DNA from: Lobosporangium transversale
Lineage: Eukaryota
Assembly (NCBI RefSeq): GCF_002105155.1
Contig: NW_019028998.1
Coordinates: 496,001 to 560,000 of the forward strand
Length of the DNA stretch: 64,000 bases
Direction: 5' to 3'
Numbering within the stretch: position 1 is the stretch's first letter; every line of letters begins with the position of its first letter. Of this stretch, positions 36,394-47,175 are shown piece by piece. The position numbers were made by a program, and so were the translations under genes. The notes beneath the pieces are model-generated. The model had not been told where the DNA came from and made no database searches. It worked only from the letters and a program-made list of their open reading frames with translations.

Positions 36394-39300
36394 ATGGGGT
36401 TGAAATCCTTCTTCAAACTGGTTGCGGATCGCGGGGTTTTACCTTCGGAAACTGACGTGGGCACTTTCTTGGCGGCAAATCCTGACCATTCTGTTCATGT
36501 AGATCTCCTCGGTGCGTTCTATTACGACATCCTCCGCGGAGTCGGCCATGCAAAGATGAAAAACGAATCCATCATTGATGTAGGAAGGTCCCTGGCTCTC
36601 GTGATAAAGGATCTTTTCATAACAGACAATCTGATTATACATATTGATGGGGAACCTTGTACTGAGAAAGAAAAAGCAAGGACAGAACGGCAAGCCATAA
36701 GAGAAAAAAATATGGATGCTTTGGAGAACGATATGAGCACCTTCGAGAGAAATTCTCGGAGTGGGGTATGGACTCGTCCTCAAGTCATGAGGCGCATCCA
36801 GAAGGGTCTTCGAGAAGTCCACACCCTGAGCGTCCAGGACAAGGATCAGCTGGCAACAGGCCTTAGCTCTGTCTTCGATGTCTGTCTGTGTGCATATGAA
36901 GCGGACCCATGCATAGGGTGCCATAATGAGGATAATGATAGGATCGTAATATCCCAAGACTCTGATTTTTTTGCGTACGAACGAGTCTACTTCCTAGTGC
37001 GACCCCTTCCGCACCGTAGACGGAAGTTAGGGGTTTACGATGTAGACAACGTTATCCAAGCACTAAGACTGCCATCACACGCGCATCTGGTGTTATTCTG
37101 TGCCATCGCAGGCAATGACTACTCAAGGAACCTCGAGACGTTAGGCCCGGTTAATAATCTTCGATTAATTCGAAAGGTTGCGTGGAACGAGAACTACAAT
37201 AAAATGCTTCGGGACTACCTAAGGGAAGCTAGTAAGGTGTTGGGAAGGAACGCAGCCTCTGAAGAAGGCCGTTTCAGAGTAGCTCTCCGCGTTTTTACTT
37301 CCGGCCATCAAACGTCGGCCCAAGCATTACCATTGAACAATGAGTTCGATAACTTCAAGCAGCGTCTACTCAATGGAAAGGATCTTCGTCATAGAATGGC
37401 TCAGCAAAGGCGAGCCATCTTTTCTGACAAGGCGAGCATATTGAATGGGCGCACAGTTGATATCAGTAACTGCCGTCAGCACGATAGGCCGGGCCTTAAG
37501 CATCCACCACGTCGGAAAAAGGCAAAAAAGAAGCAACAGAAAAAACAAAAGCGGAAGCACAAAGGCAAGAAGCCCCACAGGGCTAAAAAAGAAGGTGCAC
37601 TAATTAGGAACTTGAAGGATGCTACGAGGGTTGATCACAGCTACAGCAGTAAGCACCCTATCAAGGCCTTAACAATTGGGTCTCTTAAGGCCTCCATGGC
37701 AAGGAAAGGCGGACTGGACGCAGATGAAAGGGATAGTATTGCAGGCCAGATCCGAGGGACAGTTGTTGTCCTCAACCGACTACGCCGATATGCATACTGG
37801 GCGATTGCCTTGGACATTGAGAGGATCATGCGGTTACCAGGGGCAGCAAGGTCGAGGAAAAGGCACTGGACGAGGTCTTGGATAGCAATGATTATTCCTT
37901 CCGTCTCGCCACCCTTCTTTTAAGTGGTCAAGGTGGCCCCAATTCAGCTTACGCGAGGGCAAAAAAACAAGGAAAGGCGGTAGAAGCGCCCCATTATCTC
38001 CTCGCCTATGAACATTTCAAGGCCACCACCGAACTTTCCCCAATAAAGGAAATAGACATCACATTGGGGGACGTGCAAGGCTTTGATCCCAAAAAGATCT
38101 CATTTCCAGAGCGTCAGAGCTACTAATGGGCCAAGTACAGACATCATTAAGGCAGCACTACAGAACGCAATGGTATAGCTTGTGTAAGATATTTTCATGC
38201 ATATTCTGCAATCAAATGCTCTTTATTCAGACTCTTTTTTTTTTTTTTTTTTTTCTAGTTTGATGTCGAGAAAACAAACGAAGATATGAGCGACATTGAG
38301 TTTTTATTGCGGGAGAACAAAAAAGTGAAAAAAAATACTCAGACTTTCCTACGTCCCCCTGGTCACCCGGGTATGTGTATCTGTCTGAACACGCCCTAGT
38401 TGACATCCTCTGGGCGAACGAAGATACCAAGCAGCTACTAGAGCGTATTCTGCCTCTCGACAATCCTTCCAAGACTGCAATGTTTGAGTGTGTACAGGGA
38501 ACAAAAGGGGTTTTGATTCAGGCTCTCTTTTGTGACATTGGAGGCGATCGCATGGTTCTTGGATATCGAGACAAAGTATCCCTGCAGTCACAGGACAAGG
38601 ATCTAACTCGGTTCAAACTCAAAGGAACGATTTCTACCAACGGTCTAGTTCTGAATCTACTTGCCTATGACACAACCCAGACGAAGAGACAGCAGCAGTC
38701 TGACGTAGATGAAGAAGACCCCAGCCAAGAACTGGAGCTTTCTCAGGGATTTCTCAACACGACGTGTTCAAAGGCAGCCGGTGAAGACCTGGCAGATGAA
38801 GACTATGCTAACATAAACTGGAAGAGGAGCTCCAAACTGCTTGAAAACGTTGAGTTCACATTCAACAAACCAGGGCGGTGCCCATCCGCAAACCCCACAA
38901 CTATCGTCGGATGCGATCCTGGTATTGTTAACGCCCTTACGCTTTCCTCCCTGGATCCTCACAACCCTAACTTGCGGCAAACGGTAAAGGTGAGAAGCAG
39001 GTTCTTGTACCTCCCCGTCCTCCGCTTCAATCACCTGTTGAACAAAAGGAAGCGTGAAAAAGGAATGATTGAGGTTGAGAGCGCCATCCCTGTGTTTGGA
39101 AGGGGTACGTACAATGAGTACTTTCAATGGATGAGCGAGGAGTCCCAGACACAGATAGGATCAAAGAATTTGGATGTGCTTCAAGAGTTCTACGAGTCCA
39201 GATGGCACCAGAAAAAAAATGGGACCTACGAAAGGCTCAATGAGCTACGTTCGACTACGCGGTACAGCGAGTGTTGAAGATGCTCGGGGAAAAAGGAGTG

Positions 39301-39738
39301 TTTGTCGTCGGCCTAGGGTCCTTTGAAAGTAGTAAAGGAGTTCCCAGCAAGCACACTGCTATAACGAGACACCTTGTCACACAGGTATGGCTTTTATTAA
39401 AAAAAGTAAGAAAAGCTGGAGCGCCATAGAACCCTTGCTAATAAACGACTGCCATTTGAAACGCTTAGGTCAAAGCACGAGGACACTTCGCTGTAGGGGC
39501 GCACGAATTTTACACCAGCGCCCGTTGTCCCCGACCCCTCTGCGATAGCTTTTTAGAGACGGTGTACCCTCGCTCTAAATATTGCCGGACATGTAAGGTA
39601 TTCTTCGACCGTGACGCAGTAGGGGCGGAAAACATCGCAAGAATCGGTCTTGCTCAAATTGAGAGGCAAGAGAGGCCTGCAAAGTACAAGCCCACGGAAG
39701 AGTCGCCTGCTCCGGCTGCAAAGCGCGCACGACGCTAG
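36394..39738 (+). pseudogene. XPG/FEN1(PIN-like)-Fanzor1 (TnpB-family RuvC) fusion gene, about 1,060 aa when reconstructed; disrupted as assembled
   Basis: N-terminal MGLKSFF, VHVDLLG, IHIDGEP..EK, AYEAD, ISQDSDFF and AGNDYS.N...LG. C-terminal IVGCDPG (D at 38915), VVGLGSF, HEFYTSARCP..LC (E at 39505), CRTC and FDRDAVGAENIA (D at 39613). Introns at about 38173-38258 and 39385-39468. Frameshifts near 37840, 38100, 38165, 38300 and 39215, and TGA at 39241. Confidence 0.85.
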
Positions 39739-39960
39739 ACACAAGTATTTGGGTGCCGGCACACCCACAAAAAATTTGTAAGTTCTGTTTATTTTCGTCT
39801 CCTGTATCCTCTCAATCTTTTGCCCCTGAATTTCTGGACTAACTTTAAAAACCGTACAGATCAACAGATAAGACGAATTATGACCTCATTTACAACAACT
39901 TATCTTTTCACCGTGCGCAGGAAGTGTACCTGTGCTATTCCAATGCAAAGGCATGTCTAA
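39739..39960 (+). ncRNA. Candidate omegaRNA / structured 3' region of the Fanzor element
   Basis: Lies directly 3' of the Fanzor stop. Hairpins at 39750-39767 and 39915-39935 and an intron-like segment at 39778-39859. Boundaries are guesses. Confidence 0.35.
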
Positions 39961-40250
39961 GTAGTTTACAAAGCAAACTAATCTTCCTTTTATTGCATGA
40001 CATTGTATTGCATTGCATTTCTTTCCCCTATCTCTTTCCCTTTCTCATTTCATTCCTTTCGTCTCCTCCATTTCCTCACCATACCTTTCCACACTGGAAA
40101 TCCTATTCAAACCCTTGTGGAAGACTCTTTTATTTTTTTTATTGTCCTTCTACTCCCCCTTCACGCATACACTGACACTCTCTCGTTGTTTTCTAGAACT
40201 CCTTTATTTTCATCTTCGATCGTACAGCCGTAAAAAAAGAAGACGAGAGT

Positions 40251-43200
40251 ATGACTTCCTTAACTCATTCGACATCCTCAACAAGCTCTTTGGATGTCCC
40301 AATGCTTGTGCCGCTGACCGAATTGCCCGAGACCGCGCAGATCACGCTCAGCGAGAAACCGAGGCTCATCAACGTCACTCACCAGATTCCTTACGCATGC
40401 ACTATCATCGATCGATCCAATGCTTCGTCGGGGACTACAACTATGGGCACCAGCATTGGCTCACCCACCAACAGGCGCGCCTCCATGGCAATCCCTCGCC
40501 ATCCCGCCGCGTCTTCTCCCCTTGAAATTGAAGGCCATTCATCGCCTGGGCTTCTGAACGCATCCGGAAGCCATTCATCCCAAGCTGGTGTTGGCGGCAC
40601 CGCAGGAGGAGAGCCCATTTTACTGGCAGACGGAGACTGTATCCTTGATCCAAGGAGGGGCCATTCGGCCATGTATTCTGGAATCAAGTCACTAGAGAAG
40701 GATCTCGAGACTATCCAGATTGGATGGGTGGGTGAACTAGCAGATCAGGACGGATATGTGGTTCCATGCAAGAGCCTAAGTGAAAAGCACAAGCAAAATA
40801 TTAAAGAGAAATTGTGGCAAAAAGAGAAGGTTGTCCCCATTTTCTTGGACGACAGCCGCGCGGCTGGTCATTATGAAGGATTCTGCAAGACTGGTGAGTG
40901 AACCATGGACCAATGATAAAGACAGCATGCACCATTAATGGGCGCCCAGGCACCGAGACACTGGGCAATGTCTCATACAGAGATGTGTAATTATAATTTG
41001 TGACAACACTATGTCATTTTGTGCTCATTGCAAAAACTTTTTTTTTTTTTTTTTTTTTTTTTTGGGGGGCTATTGCTCTTTCATGATCAGTTCTCTGGCC
41101 ATTATTCCATTACATCCTTTGGGAGAAGGCGACGGATGGTCGTGTCGAGAAGAAAAATTGGGACGACTATGTCTTTGTGAACCAGCAGTTCGCAGATGCA
41201 ATTGTTGAACAGTATCAGCCAGGTGACATTGGTAAGTAAGCACTGTGCCATTTAAGCAGTTATACACACATCGATGCTCCCTTTATGTGTGTATGTGGGC
41301 CGGTTTTATTACTTGTTTAATAGGTTGGCATTATAAGTTCCTCTTGTTTCTTTTGATGATTTTCTCACGACCCTTTTTTTCCTTCCTTTTTTCTGAATGT
41401 TCATTAGTTTGGATTCATGACTATCATTTATTGCTTGTGCCACATCTATTGCGTCAGAAGTTGCCAGGGGCTGCTATTGGTGTCTTTATTCATGCGCCTT
41501 TCCCTTCATCAGAAATTTTCAGATGCCTTCCCAGTAAGTTATTGTTCAATGGTTCAGCTTAAAGAACGAATGAAACAAACGGAATGCTAGGCGCAATTTG
41601 GGGTATTAATTTTTACCTTTTCATATGTTTCATTATCCTGCCCAATTACCATTAATAAGAGCGTGTCGAGGTCTTGAACGGTCTTTTAGGTGCAAATCAG
41701 ATCGGATTTCAGGTAATTCATCTATTTTATTATTATTATTATCATTTTGCTCTAAAACGGATTATAGTTTTTGAAGGACCATTCCCTAACAAGCTAACTG
41801 CCTCCATTAGACATATTCATATGCACGTCATTTTATCAGCTGCTGCACTCGCGTTAATGGCTATGAGTCTACGCCACGTGGCGTAGATGCTATGGGATCA
41901 ACGGTTTGGGTAGGAACATTCCCCATTGGAATCGATGCGGAGCGAGTTGAACGCCAACGCAAGGCTCCTGGTGTTTTGCCGAAGATAGAGGCTCTTCGTA
42001 AGACATATAAAGGAAAGCGCATTATTGTAGGCCGCGACAAGCTGGATTTAGTCAAGGGTGTCCAACAAAAGCTTCATGCATTTGAAAAATTCTTGAATGA
42101 TTATCCTGAGATGCAAGGCGAAGTTGTCTTGATCCAAGTTACTTCGCCACCTTTGGTCGAGAACCCTAAATTGGAAGCCAAGATTGCGGAATTGGTTGCT
42201 CACATCAATGGAACGTATGGTTCGCTTAACTTCACGCCCGTCCATCATTATCACCAGCACATCGATCGTGATGAGTATTATGCTCTCTTGTCAGTTGCCG
42301 ATATTGGTTTAATCACTTCGGTCAGGGACGGCATGAACACAACTTCGCTGGAATACATCATGTGCCAGAAGGAGAACCATGGTCCTCTCATTTTGAGCGA
42401 GTTTACGGGAACTGCAGGAAGTCTGGGTGGAGCATTGATGGTCAACCCGTGGGACTATCAGGGTGTTGCTCGCGTCATCTATGATGCTCTGCATCTCAGT
42501 GAGGAAGACAAACGTGCTCGCCATAGTGTAAGTGAATGGAACGCGTGTAAAAAAAGCATAGTGAGGACCCCTGATTAACGCCTCTTGTCTCTTTAATATT
42601 AATGATGATATTGCTTTTATTTATGCCGTCATCAATATTAGCAACTCCATAACCATGTCCTTTCTCACACGGCTCAATACTGGGCTAAGAATTTCATTTC
42701 GGAGCTTATTCTGAATGCCAGCACCTGGGATCAATCGACTCCTACACCTTATCTTGATCTTAACATTATTACTGACAAGTATCGCAGTGCCAAAAAGCGT
42801 CTGCTTATGTTTGATTATGATGGTACACTGACCCCCATCCGCAAGACTCCCGGTGCGGCAGTTCCTCAGGAACATATGCTCAAGGCTCTGCAAGCTTTGG
42901 CAAGCGACCCTAACAACGTAGTGTGGGTAATTTCTGGGCGTGATCAAAAGGTGTTGGAGGAATGGTTGGGTGAAGTTGAGAACTTGGGCTTTAGTGCTGA
43001 GCATGGTTCCTTTATGAGACAGCCCCGTAGTAAGAAATGGGTCAACCTGACCGAGTCCCTCGATATGAGTTGGAAGAATGATGTCATTGAGATTTTTACT
43101 TACTATACCGAACGTACCCAAGGTAAATGCCAGGGTCAAGGAAAATGGCAGTAAGCTTAGAAGCCGTGTCACACGTTTCACAAGTAAATTCAACACTTTC

Positions 43201-44013
43201 TTTCTTTTTCTATTCTATTCCATTCCCTTAATAGGATCATTCATTGAGCACAAGAGATCATCACTCACATGGCACTACCGCATGGCTGACCCTGAGTTTG
43301 GTGCATTCCAGGCCAAAGAATGCCAGAATCATCTTGAGAACGCTGTACTGTCCAAGCTCCCCGTGGAGATCCTAGTTGGCAAGAAGAATTTGGAAGTGCG
43401 TCCCACAATTGTAAACAAGGGTGAGATCGTCAAGCGTTTATTAAATCAGCATCCTGAAGCTGAGTTCGTCCTGTGTGCCGGTGATGACAAGACAGACGAG
43501 GATATGTTTAGAGCATTGGCTGGTAGCGGAAATAGTGGTGGTGGCAACAACCGTCGTGAATCTCTCAAGAACAGAGCCATCATCGAGCCTTATAACGATG
43601 CGTTGGTCGCTGCAACGGCTGCCAAGATTGCAGAAGCGACACGTCAACAATCGCGAGAACTTGCTCCACCCATTCCTCATCGTCAGGACAGTTCAGGCCC
43701 CCATGGCATAGCAAAGGCTCCAAATGGCGCGCATTTGAGACCTCCAGCGCCTTTCACGACCAAAATCAACAGTGCCAACAACGACAGCAATGCTGCTACT
43801 ACACCTATTTCACCTTCAGGACCTGCGACACCAGGGTCAATCACTAGTTTGACATCAATCAGCTCCCAGGGATCGAACTCTAACCTGACCAATGAACACT
43901 TTTCAATCACGATCGGCCATGCCCTCAAAAAGACACTTGCTAACTGGCATGTTACCAGTCCTGAAGAGCTGATTCGTGTCCTTGGTATCCTCTCCGGCAC
44001 CATCGATGCATAA
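40251..44013 (+). CDS. TPS2: Trehalose-6-phosphate synthase/phosphatase (GT20 + HAD), Tps2-type
   Basis: Multi-exon. HYEGFCKTVLWPLFHY, VWIHDYHLLLVP, FIHAPFPSSEIFRCLP, VGRDKLD.VKG, RDGMNTTSLEY and LSEFTG, with an intact HAD domain FDYDGTLTPI and GDDKTDEDMF. Confidence 0.93.
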
Positions 44014-44196
44014 ATAGATGGCAAAGAAAAGAAATAAAAATGATAAAAAAATATAATACCTCCAACTCTGTACATACTAGACATTAAGAGATACAGCTAT
44101 ATGCATTCAATTGCATCTTATTTGTAACTTTTAGTTTTGTAATCAAATAAATAATTAGCTTTTTTTATGTAAGTTCATTTTGTACAGAATACGGTC

Positions 44197-46786
44197 TTAT
44201 CTAGAGGTGCGGCCGGATGGAGCGAAGGAGAGAGTTCTTGGAGAATGAATATATGGTTGGTGCTCTGTCGTTTCGCCTTCATCTCCAGCTAGATCTATCA
44301 ATCGAGGGCTTTGTGGGACTGACTGCTGGTGCTGTTGGTATGGATTAAGCTGTAGTCCCGGACGAAGTGGAGGTGGTATCTGCTCAGAGGTTGCTGTTTG
44401 GAGGTCATCCTCATCACTTTCGTACATTTCAAATCCATGGATCAAATTTCTAGCATCAATAGAAGAATCTTGCTGAGGATGTCCATATCCGTGTCCTGGT
44501 CCACCACCAGGACTACAAACGCCACTGTTGCTGTTTCGACTACCAAGCTCACTTAAGACACTCTTGAACGAAAACATTCTACTATGTCTTGGCGTTCCAG
44601 GCCGAGATCCATTGGGAAGCAACAAAGTAGCCTCATTAGTGCCATTATCATTGTCAAAGCTATCGTCGTCATAATCGTCTCCTGTAGCGTTTGGTCGCCA
44701 TGCCAGGACCAGAACCCCGATGAGCACCTGGCTAATCCCAAAGAGGACCAACAAGATCTGCCACCAGTACAGGCGTCCCCACTGATCGTAGTAGACGAGC
44801 CCGTTGAATAGACACGAGACATTGTACGCGCAAAAAGACAGAGGAACCAACAGCACTGTGTCACATAATCGGAGCCCTTTGTTCAAGTAATATAACTATA
44901 TTTGATTTAAGAATTTCAAAAAGAATTAGAAAAAAAAAAAAAAAAGAGCAGCCTGAGAGCTTCAAATGATAAACTCTTTGTCCGATATGGGGTGTTGCTA
45001 AAAAACGATTCCCAGCTTTTCTTCTTTTCTGAGCACCATTATGGGTCTTACCTGAAGAAGCGCGGCTGCAATCAAAGCAATGACCAAGAACCAGCTCAAG
45101 GGGTTCTCAAACTGATTCTTGCCATCTAAAATGGTCAACATCAAGAGTTCGATGGCACTTTTGGCAAAAAGCAACGCTTGACTCGACAGCATTCCACTCA
45201 CACATCCATATGAGATCCCAAGCATTGTCTTAATCTTTGATGGACTCCATTTTTTCAATAAACGCCCTGGAACTGTACTCTCACCTAACAAGTACTTATT
45301 ATTATGATAGGAATTATTTGCGCCATTATGACTCAAGTTGGGATTGACGCTGCTAGCTGCCGAGTTAGATCGTAAATAGCGTTGACGATGCTGATACAGC
45401 CGATTAGTCTTATTGACTTTCGCTTCTCGTTCCATCATCTGTTCTACTATCCTGTTTCCAACCAATAGACTAATCACTATGAATTCTATCAAAGAGAAAT
45501 AAATCACGAATGCTGGGCGTTTCCAAAGATGAATCAAATCTTCGAGTGAATGACTTGGCTCAGGTACAATGCCAAACAATCCAATCATAATGGCGCCTAA
45601 CAGGATTAAAAATGTACCTATAATGTTCATAATAAATTTCAAAATGATTAGGAAGTGTCGTGCTAGGGCTTACGCGAAAGCATACGTAGCTGTCTCACTG
45701 GCATCACTCAAAATGAGACGATGACTATGCATGCACACATTCATGGTCATATGTCAATATGGTACGGGTTGGGCCATCGTTTTTTGGATCCATCAATCGC
45801 ATTGGCTGCTCAATGCACGCACTCACACATGCCACGCACACACACAAATGTTGCTCTCCCTTGCCCTTGATAAAATTGTCTTGAGGGATGTAATGATACA
45901 ACAACCTCAGACCAAGATGTAACGCCAATTTTTTTAAGTAATGACCAGCCCAAAAAATATCTTAAGACTTGTTCAAATGAATACTTTTTTTTTCTTTTTT
46001 CTTTTTGCTCTTTTATGCACCTAAAATAATAAAAACATGTGTATGCATGATATTCGCATAAGGATGAACATGAATAATGACAACAATGATAATGATGATA
46101 ACAGCGATTCTAATGATCCCCAAAAGAGAACATCCTCTTCCTGATCTCGTTTATAGCGCCGACGAGATGCAATAGAAAAAATAACAATAAAATCATGGCG
46201 AAATGGGATGTGAGAATTTGCGACAACAATAAAAAGAGAGAAAAAAAAAGTAGTAGCAAGCGAAATAGGGAAGAGATTCGTTACCGATTGCACTTTGCCG
46301 TGAGAAGACATCGTCCAATAACAACTTCGCAAACAAAGCATTGAAGACCAAAGTAACGGCGCTTAAAGGAGCCAAGATAATGACTGGCAAGTATCCGATC
46401 GAAAAAATGGTCCCTGTGAGGTTTGACAGAATATAGGTATGGAAACCTAGATGCCACAATGGCCGCCGACAAGCTTGTCGACGTAATTCTTTGGGGTGAA
46501 TAGCCTCATTGAGTACATGAGACTTGCGTTGGATGGTTAATCCAAGAGACTGGATGAATGATGTTGCCACTGCTATAGAAATGCCAAGGACAAAGTTATG
46601 TTGTGATGGAGGGTCACCATTCGTAGTGTTGTTCAGAAAGAAATAACTACTACTGCCTCCCATGCCGTATAATGGTGTAGACGAAGATAAAGAGTAGTTA
46701 CTATTGTTATAATAACCAAAGAGCTCAAAGAGGCTGGCGCCGCCAGAAGTAGACCAAAGAACCTCAGAGAGGTTCTCCAATGACAT
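44197..46786 (-). CDS. NIPA-family (DMT) magnesium-transporter-like membrane protein
   Basis: Three exons. SFIQSLGLTIQRKSH, RRPLWHLG, LPVIILAPLSAVTLVFNALFAKLLL, SGMLSSQALLFAKS and LQLYYLNKGLRLCDTVLLVPL.FC.YNV...NGLVYYDQ. Confidence 0.88.
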
Positions 46787-47152
46787 TGGAATTCACCTCT
46801 GGTATTGTTTTTCTCTATTTCTTCTAGTTCAATAAAAAAAAAATCTGTTGTAATGAAAAAAATCAATCCAATTGGGTTCAAGGAAGAAAAAAAAAGTAAA
46901 GATGAAAAGGGAAAAAAGGCTGGGGATGCTGATTCCGCGCGGAAAACAAGCCAAGGGCAATGAACAATGGTGGAAAGTAAGGGAACGAATGTGCGCAAGG
47001 AAACAATGAAAAGATGAGTGAAGGGATCAAAGTGAGGTTGAAAAGGGTGTAGTAGAGGCACAGAAGAGGTGATACAAAAGGACTAATCCTGTAAGATTTG
47101 GTGTATATTATTACATGAAACTATCACGTGTAGACTTCTATCTTACTACACC

Positions 47153-47175
47153 AGGGTTGCCAGACTGGCAACCCT
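47153..47175. repeat. Perfect 11-bp inverted repeat with a 1-nt spacer, resembling a hAT TIR
   Basis: AGGGTTGCCAG-A-CTGGCAACCCT. Confidence 0.6.

Noticed and set aside
39915..39965. Hairpin followed by CTAA as a Helitron 3' end for the Fanzor element
   Set aside because: The spacing of about 21 nt is long, the next base is G rather than T, and no Rep/helicase remnant was seen.
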